A DNA stretch of 64,000 nucleotides, from assembly GCA_963695075.1 (NCBI GenBank), contig CAVOFR010000001.1:134724-198723 (forward strand). The letters run 5' to 3'. Of the stretch, positions 1-9,159 are shown one piece after another; position 1 is the stretch's first letter, and each line of letters starts with the position of its first letter. Source of the DNA: an uncultured Acidimicrobiales bacterium. Lineage in GTDB: Bacteria; Actinomycetota; Acidimicrobiia; Acidimicrobiales; CAWCAL01. The translations under genes and the position numbers were made by a program. The notes under the pieces were generated by a model that saw only the letters and a list, made by a program, of their open reading frames with translations, ran no database searches and was not told the DNA's origin.

Positions 1-32
1 ATGCCCAGGTGGTGGTGTCGCGGGCGTGCGGT

Positions 33-902
33 TCAGGTTCCATGGTCCACGAAGTGCTCGATCTGTCGAGCCAGTTCGACGGGGAGCTCGGTTTCCAGCG
101 AGTGGCGGGCACCCTCGAACACGTGGAGCTCGGACCGGGGGAGCATCCCGTGCAGCTTCGCCACGCCGCGACCCATTCCGGCGCCGTTGTCGCGGTCGCC
201 CCACATGAGGAGCACCGGTTGTTCGATCTCCGGCGCTAGGTCGAACAGGCTGGTACCGATCTGGTCGGCGGCCAGGCCCCAGTACATGCGCACGAAGCCG
301 GGGCCGATCACTTCCCGGTAGTAGGCGAAGGTCGTACGCAGGGCCTCCTCGCGGCCGGGGAAGTCACTTCCGTACCAGAAGCGCGACTGGACCCTGACGG
401 TCGGCCAGAACAGCAACCGGGCAATCGAGGCGTGGTCTCCGATCCAGTGCATCGTCCTGGCGAGCCGGGGGCGGGCGCCCCAGGCACTGCCGGGGGCCCA
501 GACCACGAGCCGCCGGAACCGATCGGGAAAGCGGTGGCCGAGTCGCAGCACGAGGTTCCCGCCCAGGCTCCCCCCGACGGGTACGGCCTCTCCGATGCCC
601 AGGGCGTCGAGGAACCCGACGATCGCGTCCTCGTAGAGCTCGAGGTCGTAACGGCGCTCGGGTTTGTCCGCGTAGCCGCTGCCCGGTAGGTCGAGTATGA
701 GCACGCGATGACGCTCGGCCAGGGTCGAGGAGAGCTCGTCGTAGCCCTCGATCCGGGAGGTGTGGCCGGGGATGACGATCAGGGGCGGTCCGCTCGTCGT
801 CGCGGCGGTTGGACCGGTGTCGACGTAGCGCAGGGAGCATCCCTCGACCTCGACATCCAGCTGGGGGAATCTTGAGCCCGCGACGGCGGCCGGTCGAGCC
901 AT
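33..902 (-). CDS. alpha/beta fold hydrolase
   Basis: GGSLGG nucleophile elbow, LDLPGSG, WGDRD and C-terminal His (ARHS); start set at ATG 902, preceded by TACCAT-N6 (leaderless). Confidence 0.85.
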   Translation of the reverse strand: MARPAAVAGSRFPQLDVEVEGCSLRYVDTGPTAATTSGPPLIVIPGHTSRIEGYDELSSTLAERHRVLILDLPGSGYADKPERRYDLELYEDAIVGFLDALGIGEAVPVGGSLGGNLVLRLGHRFPDRFRRLVVWAPGSAWGARPRLARTMHWIGDHASIARLLFWPTVRVQSRFWYGSDFPGREEALRTTFAYYREVIGPGFVRMYWGLAADQIGTSLFDLAPEIEQPVLLMWGDRDNGAGMGRGVAKLHGMLPRSELHVFEGARHSLETELPVELARQIEHFVDHGT

Positions 903-976
903 CGCGGGATGGTAGTCGGCGGGCCCGTTGCACCGACCTCGATGACGACCGGGCGAGCCCACGTGGACCCCCACCG

Positions 977-1031
977 CCGAAATCTGGTCCGTCAGCGTCG
1001 ATTCACGACGGTCCGGCACCGGGAGAACCGG
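977..1031 (+). repeat. CCGAAATCTGG-family palindromic repeat, copy 1
   Basis: ccgaaatctggtccgtcagcgtcg is identical to 3748-3771; inner cgtcg/cgacg stem; overlaps the 3' end of the esterase. Confidence 0.75.
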
Positions 1032-1992
1032 CCACGGGCGCGCGGTTGCCGCCTCCGAGTGCGTCAGCCAACGCGGCGACGGCCTTCGCCTCGTACGCCC
1101 TCGAGGACTCGAGGAGTCGGGTGAGGGCGAAGCTCGCGTGGAGGTGGCCGGGCAGCCGAACGTGCTGCGCCGGAACGCCGGCCGCTCTGAGCGCGAGCGC
1201 GTAGGCCTCGCCGTCGCCGCGGAGGCGGTCGTACTCGGCGCTCATGATCCATGCCGGAGGTAGACCTCGGTGGTCGTCGGCCAGCAGGGGAGAGCAGCGG
1301 GGGTCGGTCGCCATCGCCGGATCGGGGAGGTAGTGCTCGAGGTAGTCGTCGATCGCCGCGGCGTCCAGCAGGTAGCCGTCGGCGACCTCCCGGTGGCCCG
1401 ACTGAGCCAGTGTCAGGTCGGTGGCCGGGACATCGAGCCACTGATGGCAGATCGTCGGTCCACCCCGGTCGCGTGCCATGAGACAGACCGCGGCCGCGAG
1501 GTTGGCGCCGGCCGACTCGCCGCCCACGGCCACCCGGTCGGGATCCACGCCCAGTTGATCGGCGCGGTCGACCAGGTCACATACCGCGGCGTAGCAGTCC
1601 TCGGGCGCGGTCGGGAACTGGTTCTCCGGGGCCATGCGGTAGTCGACGGACGCGACGACGCACTCGGCCCCGACCGCGATCGTGCGACAACGGGGGTCCC
1701 GCTCGTCCAGTCCCCCCTTGCACCAACCGCCACCGTGGAAGAACACGAACAGGGGCAGCGGCCCGGGAACGAAGGGCCGGTACAGCCGTACGCGGATCCG
1801 CCCACCGTCGACCGGCACGGCGATGTGCTCCAACGAAGCGACGTTCGGTCCCGGGAGCATCAAGGTCCATCCCGCCATGCGCGCCTGCCGAGCGTCGCTG
1901 GCCCGACGCGTTGGCATCGGGACGTCGAAGTCGTCGCGCTGCAGCCGTCGAGCGATGGGGAGGAGTCGCCTGATGCGGGCTTCGAGCGGCAT
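1003..1992 (-). CDS. HSL-family esterase/lipase (alpha/beta hydrolase fold-3)
   Basis: HGGGW oxyanion motif, GESAG, DYRMAPE, catalytic D (YDRL) and H (HASF); TAGCGT-N7-ATG. Confidence 0.9.
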   Translation of the reverse strand: MPLEARIRRLLPIARRLQRDDFDVPMPTRRASDARQARMAGWTLMLPGPNVASLEHIAVPVDGGRIRVRLYRPFVPGPLPLFVFFHGGGWCKGGLDERDPRCRTIAVGAECVVASVDYRMAPENQFPTAPEDCYAAVCDLVDRADQLGVDPDRVAVGGESAGANLAAAVCLMARDRGGPTICHQWLDVPATDLTLAQSGHREVADGYLLDAAAIDDYLEHYLPDPAMATDPRCSPLLADDHRGLPPAWIMSAEYDRLRGDGEAYALALRAAGVPAQHVRLPGHLHASFALTRLLESSRAYEAKAVAALADALGGGNRAPVAGSPGAGPS

Positions 1993-2002
1993 CCAGGGGA
2001 CG

Positions 2003-2782
2003 CTACCGGGCGTCGAAGGGGGCGAATCTGATCGCGGGGATGAATCCGGTCTTCTTCAGCAACGCGAACCGACCTCCCGGCACAGCGGCTGCCTCGGCCC
2101 GGATCATGGCGGTGATCTCCGCGGTGACCCCCTCGCGAGGGTGGTCGCGGAGTACCCGGTCGACAGAGTCGGCCGGTACGTCGCACAGGCGGAGTCCGCC
2201 GAGGTCAAGGGTGGCGCCGGCCTGGATGTAGAAGCCCTCGGGTCCGTCGGTGACCGGATCGATCCCAGGCGTGGTGTGCACGGTGATCGCGTCCTGCAGC
2301 CGGCGAACCTCGGCCTCGTCGCGGTGGGCCGCAGCGCACGCGGCCGCGGTACGTGCGCTCCGTATGGTGAAGTCCTCGCCGGCGATCGACTCGGCGATAC
2401 CCGCGTCGTGGAGGAGTGCCCCGACGTAGAAGAGCTCCTGGTCGAGCGAATTGTCACCGTCGAAGACGGCCAGGGCCCGGCCGAAGGCCCACGTGCGGTA
2501 CGAGTGACCGATGATCGAGGCCGGTTGCTCGGCGCACGCTTCTTCGGCCTCGCGGGCGAGCGCGCTGTCGGGTGGCGGCGGGAGATCATCGACCCGGTCC
2601 GGACGTCGACCGAGGAGTACCTTGACCCGGCTGGCGATGCCGTCGAGTTGGCCACGGCCGATGGCGACGAGGAGAGTCCGGCGTTCTCTCGACGTGAGCG
2701 TCCCGCCGGTCCGCTCGGTCCAGTCGATGCCGCCGACCCGCGCGGGATCGGGAATCGTCGTGGATGCCGGGCCCGGGTCGAT
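2003..2782 (-). CDS. HD-domain metal-dependent phosphohydrolase-like protein (non-canonical start)
   Basis: Hand translation upstream of the 92-aa ORF call gives PPDSALARE...GHSYRTWAFG...ALLHDAG...EDF; the frame is open to the TAG at 2792-2794 with no ATG/GTG/TTG; ATC at 2780-2782 follows TAGCGT-N6. Confidence 0.75.
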   Translation of the reverse strand: MDPGPASTTIPDPARVGGIDWTERTGGTLTSRERRTLLVAIGRGQLDGIASRVKVLLGRRPDRVDDLPPPPDSALAREAEEACAEQPASIIGHSYRTWAFGRALAVFDGDNSLDQELFYVGALLHDAGIAESIAGEDFTIRSARTAAACAAAHRDEAEVRRLQDAITVHTTPGIDPVTDGPEGFYIQAGATLDLGGLRLCDVPADSVDRVLRDHPREGVTAEITAMIRAEAAAVPGGRFALLKKTGFIPAIRFAPFDAR

Positions 2783-2814
2783 GGATCGACGCTAGTTGGT
2801 CCGCAAGCCGCAGG

Positions 2815-3744
2815 TCAGCGGTCGAGGAACTCGCGTGTTGTGTCGACGACGAAGTCGGTGTCGTCGAGCCATGGTGCGTGACCGGCGCCCGGCATGATCG
2901 TCAGCTCGGCATCGGGGACGTGTGCGCTGAACTCGGTGGCCGTGGTCGCCCCGCCGAAGGGATCCTCTTCGCCCCACAGGAATGCCACCGGTGTCGCAAT
3001 ACGGGCGAGGAGGCTCGTCGGCAGGAGGAAGTGGCCCATCGGATCGCCCCAGGGGTGGGGAACCGGTGGCCCGGCTCGCAGCTCGTTGCGCATCGTGTCG
3101 GTGTGCCGGAGCATGGCCACGAACCATTCGATGAGCTCGTCGGAGACCCGGCCGGCGTCGAGGGCCTGCCCGAGCCCTATCTGTCGCAGCATCGCGCGCA
3201 CCGCGCCGCGCGTCGGAGGGACAGCGGCCATCACCCGACCGAGGCCGGGGAGGGCGCCGACCCTCATCACGAACGGGAGGGTGCCGGTCGGGGCGCCGAC
3301 GGTCCATGCGATGTGGACCAGACTCGTGACGCGATCGGGGTTCGCCGCGGTCGACCGGAACGCGAAGTAGCCACCGAGCGAGGTGGAGACGACCGCCGCG
3401 GCCGGTAGTCCGATGCCGTCGAGCACGTCGCCGACCAGTTCGTCCGCGTACGCCTCCAGTTCCGCGACGTTCTCGAACGGCCGGGGGAGCGGTTCGCTTA
3501 GCCCACAGCCCGGCCGGTCCAGGACGACGCGGCGGAATCCGTCGAGGCCGGCGACGAGGGGCGCCCAGCTCGCCCCGCAGTTCGTCGTGCCGTGGATGAA
3601 GAGCACGGTCGGTCCCGTTCCGACCTCCTGGACCCGGACCGAGATGCCGGCCCGAGGCAGCTCGATCCGCCGCTCGGAGGGAACGACGCCCACCGACTCC
3701 CAGAGCCGCCGCTCGGCCTCTCGGTAGCGGGCCTCCATCGTCAC
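2815..3744 (-). CDS. alpha/beta fold hydrolase
   Basis: FIHG, LDRPGCGLS, STSLGG, WGEED, GHAPW; start may be the ATG at 3738. Confidence 0.85.
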   Translation of the reverse strand: MTMEARYREAERRLWESVGVVPSERRIELPRAGISVRVQEVGTGPTVLFIHGTTNCGASWAPLVAGLDGFRRVVLDRPGCGLSEPLPRPFENVAELEAYADELVGDVLDGIGLPAAAVVSTSLGGYFAFRSTAANPDRVTSLVHIAWTVGAPTGTLPFVMRVGALPGLGRVMAAVPPTRGAVRAMLRQIGLGQALDAGRVSDELIEWFVAMLRHTDTMRNELRAGPPVPHPWGDPMGHFLLPTSLLARIATPVAFLWGEEDPFGGATTATEFSAHVPDAELTIMPGAGHAPWLDDTDFVVDTTREFLDR

Positions 3745-3747
3745 CCT

Positions 3748-3800
3748 CCGAAATCTGGTCCGTCAGCGTCGGTGAGCGACGCCTGCGTCGTGGGAGTTCG
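3748..3800 (+). repeat. CCGAAATCTGG-family palindromic repeat, copy 2
   Basis: ccgaaatctggtccgtcagcgtcg-gtgag-cgacgc, intergenic. Confidence 0.75.
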
Positions 3801-3810
3801 CCCTCGAACT

Positions 3811-4656
3811 CTACGCGTGGACCAGTGGCTCGGCCGGTTCGAGCTCGGTCGGCTCCTCGCCGTGCAGCCAGCGACCGAGCAGCCCGAGTCCGGCGGCGAA
3901 TAAGGCCGCTCCGACGCCGAGCCCGACGGTGTTGGCGTGCCAGTATTCACCCCATTCGTCGACGGGCCCGAACTCGATGGCCCGTAGCGTCGTCCCGGTG
4001 GCGATCCCGATGATCCAGGCCGAGCCGAGGAGTGCGGTGGGCAGCCTCGGGGCCACGTCGACGCTCACCATCGCTGCGACGAACAACGCAGCCCCGAACG
4101 CCACCAGGGAGGCCCATATCAGGGGAAGCCACGCGGCAACGCCGGCGAGAGCGCCGAGGCTCATGCAGACCATTCCCGTGGTCGCGAGGAGACCGAGGCC
4201 GCCGAGGCGCTCCCGCAGGCCGACCATCACGGCGACGGTCAGTGTCGCGGCCGCGACGAGGGAGAACGTCCCGACCATCCAGGTCAGCTGACTGACGGTG
4301 TCCCATCCGCCCTGGGCGTCATCCCACCACAGCGAAATGAGTAGGCACAACGGCATGACGAGCCACAACCCGGCGGTGACCATCGCGAGGAGGCCGACGC
4401 CGTTGGTCGATCGGGTGGGCACAGCGATTCCAGCCCGGGAGGTGGTCGCCAGCGCTGCGGCGACGACCTCCGGCTCGCCGAACCGATCCAGGATGCGCTG
4501 CTGGGCGGTGTCGTCGCCGGAGGCGCCACCCACCTCGTCCATGGCCGAGTACAAGTGGTCACGCAGCTCGTCGATGACCTCGTCGGCATTGGCCCGCCAG
4601 TGCAAGCGGCCGGAGAGCCGCTCGAGGTAGGAGTCGATCAGGTGATAGCTGGCCAC
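3811..4656 (-). CDS. membrane protein with N-terminal HAAS/permease-prefix domain
   Basis: IDSYLERL...IDELRDHL...RFGEPEVVA followed by ~6 hydrophobic helices; overlaps the PadR gene, a typical pairing. Confidence 0.8.
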   Translation of the reverse strand: MASYHLIDSYLERLSGRLHWRANADEVIDELRDHLYSAMDEVGGASGDDTAQQRILDRFGEPEVVAAALATTSRAGIAVPTRSTNGVGLLAMVTAGLWLVMPLCLLISLWWDDAQGGWDTVSQLTWMVGTFSLVAAATLTVAVMVGLRERLGGLGLLATTGMVCMSLGALAGVAAWLPLIWASLVAFGAALFVAAMVSVDVAPRLPTALLGSAWIIGIATGTTLRAIEFGPVDEWGEYWHANTVGLGVGAALFAAGLGLLGRWLHGEEPTELEPAEPLVHA

Positions 4657-4976
4657 GGGGTACCTCCCAGCACCATGCCGACGGCGGCCGAGAAGGATTC
4701 CCAGCTCTGCCGCTGCTCTCCGAGGGCTGACCTGCCCCTGTCGGTGAGTCGGTAGGTCCGCCGCCTCCGGCCCTGGACCACGGACCACTCCGAGGCGAGG
4801 TGGCCGGCCTTCTCCAACCGGTGGAGTGCCGGGTAGACGGTTCCCTCGGGCAGGTCGAACACTTCGCCACTGCGGGAGCGGAGCTCCTCGATCACCGCGT
4901 AGCCGTGCTTCGCTCCGTCGGCGAGGACCGCCAGGGTCAGGAGGTCCAGGTGGCCCTTCAGAGTCTGGGTGCTCAT
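4638..4976 (-). CDS. PadR family transcriptional regulator
   Basis: LKGHLDLL, HGYAVI, EGTVYPALHRLE, RRRTYRLT. Confidence 0.92.
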   Translation of the reverse strand: MSTQTLKGHLDLLTLAVLADGAKHGYAVIEELRSRSGEVFDLPEGTVYPALHRLEKAGHLASEWSVVQGRRRRTYRLTDRGRSALGEQRQSWESFSAAVGMVLGGTPWPAIT

Positions 4977-5013
4977 ACCTAGGGTTTCTATACTAAGAAA
5001 GACTAGGTGTCAA
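4977..5013 (-). promoter_or_regulatory. PadR promoter with overlapping inverted-repeat operator
   Basis: acctagggtttct...agaaagactaggt imperfect palindrome (4977-5008) directly before the ATG; TTGACA on the minus strand at 5013-5008; AT-rich in GC-rich DNA. Confidence 0.7.
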
Positions 5014-5040
5014 CCCCTCGGCCGGCTCTGTTCGAGCCGC

Positions 5041-6234
5041 TCACGACTCGAGGCAGCCGTACACCGCGTCGATCAGGTTGGTGGTCCGGGGGTCGCCCGT
5101 GAGGCCCAGGAACATCTTGTTCATGACGTAGCCGAAGCCCAGCTCGTGGTCCGGATCGGCCATGCCCATCGAGCCGCCCGCGCCGAAGTGACCGAAGTTC
5201 CGGTCGTTGCCCAGCGGCATGATCGACGAGGGCAGCATGAATCCCAGCCCGTAGCGCAGGTCCATGTCCATCAGGACGGTGTCGGTGCCTTCGGACTGCG
5301 GTTCGATGGCGTCGGCGACCTGCTCGGCCGACAACAGCCTGGTCCCGTCGACCTCACCGACACACGCCGCGTACATCCTGGCCAGCGACCGGGCATCGCA
5401 GATGCCATTTGCCGCGGGGATCTCGGCCCGCCAGGTCTCAGGATGGTTGTAGCGGTCCATCTCGACCTCTTCGACCGGAGCGGCGAGCGCACGGCCGAGC
5501 AGCGTCTCGGGACCGATGAACTGGTCCATCATCGCCTTGATGGTCGGGTCGTCGGGTACCGGGAAGGTCTCGAGCATGGCGACGCGGTGGTGGTGCTCGT
5601 CGGGCGTGCCGATCCAGAAGTCGAGCCCGAGCGGGCCGGCGACCTCGTCCTGGAAGAACGAGCCGACGCTTCTGCCGCTGACGCGCTTGATCACCTCGCC
5701 CACGAGCCAGCCGTAGGTGACGGCGTGGTAGCCGTGTTTGCTGCCGGGTTCCCAGACAGGTGCCATGTTCTCCAGCGCGGACACGACCGGTTCCCACTCC
5801 AGCATCTCCGCGTGGGTCATCGTGTCCTCGACATAGGGCAGGCCCGACTTGTGACACAGCAGGTAGCGCACCGGAATCGTGTCCTTGCCGTGCTTGCCGA
5901 ACTCGGGCCAGTAGTCGACGACGGGGGCGTCGAGATCGAGCTCGCCGCGCTGGGCGAGCAGATTCGCGCAGATCGCCGTCGCTCCCTTTGTGGTCGAGAA
6001 CACCAGGGCGAGGGTGTGCTCGTCCCAGGCCCGGCCGGTCGCGGGATCGGCGATTCCTCCCCACAGGTCGACCACCTTCTCGCCGCGGTGGTACAGGGAG
6101 AACGCAGCGCCGATCTCCCGGGGACTGCCGCCCAGCATCGGAGCCAGCGGATCGACGTCCAGTTCGTAGTTAGCCTCGAAAGCTGCTCGGACCGGCTCCC
6201 AGCCGTTCGCTGTCTCGCCGTGGATCTCGGGCAT
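5041..6234 (-). CDS. serine hydrolase, beta-lactamase family (EstA-like)
   Basis: FSTTK (SxxK), HGYHAVTYG, FGHFGAGGS; SD-like ggggaa before MPEIHG. Confidence 0.9.
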   Translation of the reverse strand: MPEIHGETANGWEPVRAAFEANYELDVDPLAPMLGGSPREIGAAFSLYHRGEKVVDLWGGIADPATGRAWDEHTLALVFSTTKGATAICANLLAQRGELDLDAPVVDYWPEFGKHGKDTIPVRYLLCHKSGLPYVEDTMTHAEMLEWEPVVSALENMAPVWEPGSKHGYHAVTYGWLVGEVIKRVSGRSVGSFFQDEVAGPLGLDFWIGTPDEHHHRVAMLETFPVPDDPTIKAMMDQFIGPETLLGRALAAPVEEVEMDRYNHPETWRAEIPAANGICDARSLARMYAACVGEVDGTRLLSAEQVADAIEPQSEGTDTVLMDMDLRYGLGFMLPSSIMPLGNDRNFGHFGAGGSMGMADPDHELGFGYVMNKMFLGLTGDPRTTNLIDAVYGCLES

Positions 6235-6322
6235 GGTTTCCCCCTTGGTCGTCGGTCCCGGAGGCGCCAACGGTAGTACCTGCATGCCCGGGTGACCGCC
6301 TCCCATCCGCGAAGCTGTCGGC

Positions 6323-7996
6323 GTGAAATCGTTCCTGCGAAGGGTCGCGCCGGTGACCGAGTGGCTCCCGTCCTACCGGCGCGCCGATCTCCGCCCCGAC
6401 CTCCTCGCCGGCGCGACGGTGGCAGCCGTGCTCGTCCCCCAGGCGATGGCCTACGCACAGATCGCTGGTCTCCCCCCGGAAACGGGTCTGTACGCCGCGA
6501 CCTTGCCGATCGTCCTGTACGCCGTCTTCGGGTCGTCCCGACAGCTGGCGGTGGGTCCCGTTGCGCTCATTTCGCTCATGACGGCGGCCGCGCTCGCCAA
6601 CACCGAGCCAGGGGTCGACCCTCTTGCCGCCGCCGCGGCCCTGGCCCTGCTGGTGGCGGTGGCTCACCTGGCTCTGGGCGGGTTGCGACTCGGCTGGCTC
6701 TCGAACTTCCTCTCCCATGCCGTCCTCGTGGGCTTCACGGCAGCCGCGGCGATCCTCATCGGGGTCAGCCAGGCTCGCCGGCTACTGGGGGTCGACATCG
6801 AACCGAGCGAGCGGTTCGTCGAGTCGGCGACCCGGATCGGCGATCGACTGGGTGAGGTCCACGGCCCGACGCTGGCCGTCGGAGTCACGGCGATCGTCGT
6901 CCTGTTGGCCATCCGGCGGTTGGCGCCGACCCTGCCGGGCGCCCTGGTCGTCGTGGCCGGCGCCATAGGTGTGAGCGAGCTCTTCGACCTCGAGGGGAAG
7001 GGTGTGGCGGTGGTCGGTGACATTCCCGACTCGCTCCCCGGCTTCGGCCTCCCCGATGTCTCGAGCTCGCTGCTCGTCGATCTCGCTCCAGCCGCCGTCG
7101 CGATCACGCTGGTCGGCTTCCTGGAGTCGATCGCCGTAGCCAAGGTGGCCGGTCGGCGGCACGATCACGAGCCCGGGCCCAACCACGAGCTGGTGGCGCT
7201 CGGGATGGCGAACGCAGGCGCGGGCGTGTTCGGCGGTTTCCCGGTCACGGGCAGCTTCTCGCGTACGGCGGTGAGCTCCGAGGCCGGAGCCCGAACGCAG
7301 CTCGCCTCGGTCGTCGCCGCCACTCTCGTCGTCGCCACGATCGCCCTGCTCACGCCGGTACTCTCGTCGCTGCCACTGGCGGTTCTCGCGGCGGTCGTGA
7401 TCGTCGCGGTGATCCGGCTGGTCGACGTGGCCGAGATCCGTCGCATCGCGCGCGTGAAGCCGATCGACATGGTGAGTCTGACCGTGGCGTTCGCCGCGAC
7501 GCTGCTCCTCGGAGTCGTCGTCGGCATCTCGGCCGGCATCGTCGTGTCGCTGCTCGTGGCGCTGATCGAGCTGGCTCGGCCCAGCGTCGTGGTGCTCGGC
7601 CGGCGTGCCGACTCGACGTCGTATCGGAGCGTGAAGCGATTCGACGATGCCGATGAGGTGCCGGGCGTGCGCATCGTCCGGGTCGACGCACCGCTCGTGT
7701 TCGCCAACACGTCGTGGGTAAAGAATGTGCTCGTCCTCGAAGCCCGGACCGCGGCTGACAACGGCGTCCACGTGCTCGTCGTCAACTGTGCCGGCATGAA
7801 TGACGTCGACTCGGGTGGTGTTGCCATCTTCGAGGAAGCGCTCGACGAGATCGAGGCGATCGGTGTGGAACTGCACCTCGTCGACGTCAAGGGCCCGGTG
7901 CGAGAGGTGTTTCGCCGGAGCGGCACCTGGGAGCGACTGGAGGGCCGGCTGCACTACGGCATCCACGAGGCGGTGGAGTCGGTGCTCGGCCACTGA
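6323..7996 (+). CDS. SulP family inorganic anion transporter with STAS domain
   Basis: PQAMAYA, GLY, GSSRQLAVGP, GSFSRT, C-terminal STAS (DVDSGG). Confidence 0.93.
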   Translation: MKSFLRRVAPVTEWLPSYRRADLRPDLLAGATVAAVLVPQAMAYAQIAGLPPETGLYAATLPIVLYAVFGSSRQLAVGPVALISLMTAAALANTEPGVDPLAAAAALALLVAVAHLALGGLRLGWLSNFLSHAVLVGFTAAAAILIGVSQARRLLGVDIEPSERFVESATRIGDRLGEVHGPTLAVGVTAIVVLLAIRRLAPTLPGALVVVAGAIGVSELFDLEGKGVAVVGDIPDSLPGFGLPDVSSSLLVDLAPAAVAITLVGFLESIAVAKVAGRRHDHEPGPNHELVALGMANAGAGVFGGFPVTGSFSRTAVSSEAGARTQLASVVAATLVVATIALLTPVLSSLPLAVLAAVVIVAVIRLVDVAEIRRIARVKPIDMVSLTVAFAATLLLGVVVGISAGIVVSLLVALIELARPSVVVLGRRADSTSYRSVKRFDDADEVPGVRIVRVDAPLVFANTSWVKNVLVLEARTAADNGVHVLVVNCAGMNDVDSGGVAIFEEALDEIEAIGVELHLVDVKGPVREVFRRSGTWERLEGRLHYGIHEAVESVLGH

Positions 7997-8008
7997 CGGC
8001 GTGCCGCG

Positions 8009-8041
8009 TTCAGCTTCTGGTCAGGGGACCCGGAGCATGGT
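8009..8041 (+). promoter_or_regulatory. OmpR-type direct-repeat box and -10 upstream of the PepSY gene
   Basis: TTCAG-N6-GTCAG (11-bp period), then CATGGT 11 nt later. Confidence 0.6.
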
Positions 8042-8079
8042 GGAGGTGAAGAACGCTCGGATCGAACACGGGAGATCTC

Positions 8080-8412
8080 ATGAAGCAGCGTACGAAGTTG
8101 TTCCTCGCCGGTGGAGTGGCCGTAGCCGTGGCCCTCGGAACGGGCGTCGGTGTGGTAGCGGCCGGTTCCGCTGACGACGACGGCACGACAGGACCCATCA
8201 GCGGTGCGGCCTATGACGAGGCGACCGCCGCCGCACTCGCCCACACCGGTGAGGGCCGGGTGACCGGAACCGAGGCCGGCGACGAGCAAGGCGCCTACGA
8301 GGTCGAGGTGACCCTCGATGACGGACGCCAGACCGACGTCCACCTGGACGCGCAGTTCAACGTGATCGGCGCCCATGCCGACGACGAGAGTGAAGCCGGC
8401 GACGCCGACTGA
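8080..8412 (+). CDS. secreted PepSY-domain protein
   Basis: Signal peptide, then AYEVEVTLDDG...DVHLD; adjacent to an OmpR/HK pair. Confidence 0.85.
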   Translation: MKQRTKLFLAGGVAVAVALGTGVGVVAAGSADDDGTTGPISGAAYDEATAAALAHTGEGRVTGTEAGDEQGAYEVEVTLDDGRQTDVHLDAQFNVIGAHADDESEAGDAD

Positions 8413-8430
8413 GGGACACCGCCGAGCCGA

Positions 8431-8474
8431 GTCAGGTCGTGTTCAGCTTCCGTTCAGACTGGATCGAGCATCAT
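8431..8474 (+). promoter_or_regulatory. OmpR-type triple direct repeat and -10 upstream of the response regulator
   Basis: GTCAG-N6-TTCAG-N6-TTCAG, then CATCAT 11 nt later and ATG 7 nt after that. Confidence 0.65.
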
Positions 8475-8481
8475 GGACGCC

Positions 8482-9159
8482 ATGCGGGTGCTCGTGGTCG
8501 AAGACGAGAAGCGACTGGCCGCCGGGCTCAAGAAGGGTCTGGAGGCCGAGGGATTCGCCACCGACATCGCCCTGACCGGGACCGACGGCCTCTGGATGGC
8601 ACACGAACACCCCTACGACGCCGTCGTCCTCGACATCATGCTCCCGGGAATGAACGGCTACAAGGTCTGTGCGAGCCTCAGGGAAGAGGGTGATTGGACT
8701 CCCATCCTGATGCTCACCGCGAAGGATGGTGAACTCGACGAGGCCGAGGCGCTCGACACCGGTGCCGACGACTATCTCACAAAGCCGTTCTCCTTCGTGG
8801 TGCTGGTGGCCCGCCTGCGGGCCCTGATCCGCCGAGGCGCTCGCGAGCGGCCCGCCGTGCTCGAGGTCGGCGACCTCCGGCTCGATCCGGCCGCCCGCCG
8901 GATCTGGCGGGGTGACGACGAGGTCGCGGTCACGGCCCGGGAGTTGTCGTTGATCGAGTACATGCTGAGCCGTCCGGGCGAAGTCGTCTCGAAGCGAGCG
9001 ATCCTCGACCACGTCTGGAACTACGACTTCGACGGAGACCCGAACATCGTCGAGGTCTACATCCGTCGCCTCCGGAACAAGATCGACCGACCCTTCGACC
9101 GAGCTGCCATCGAGACCGTCCGGGGCTCGGGGTACCGCATCGACCCCGACGGCGGATGA
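8482..9159 (+). CDS. OmpR/PhoB family response regulator
   Basis: VVEDE, LDIMLP, LTAK, GADDYLTKPF, VEVYIRRLRNKID, TVRGSGY. Confidence 0.95.
   Translation: MRVLVVEDEKRLAAGLKKGLEAEGFATDIALTGTDGLWMAHEHPYDAVVLDIMLPGMNGYKVCASLREEGDWTPILMLTAKDGELDEAEALDTGADDYLTKPFSFVVLVARLRALIRRGARERPAVLEVGDLRLDPAARRIWRGDDEVAVTARELSLIEYMLSRPGEVVSKRAILDHVWNYDFDGDPNIVEVYIRRLRNKIDRPFDRAAIETVRGSGYRIDPDGG

Noticed and set aside
5041-6234. Beta-lactam resistance gene
   Set aside because: No signal peptide, and the motifs fit cytoplasmic family VIII esterases; resistance cannot be inferred.
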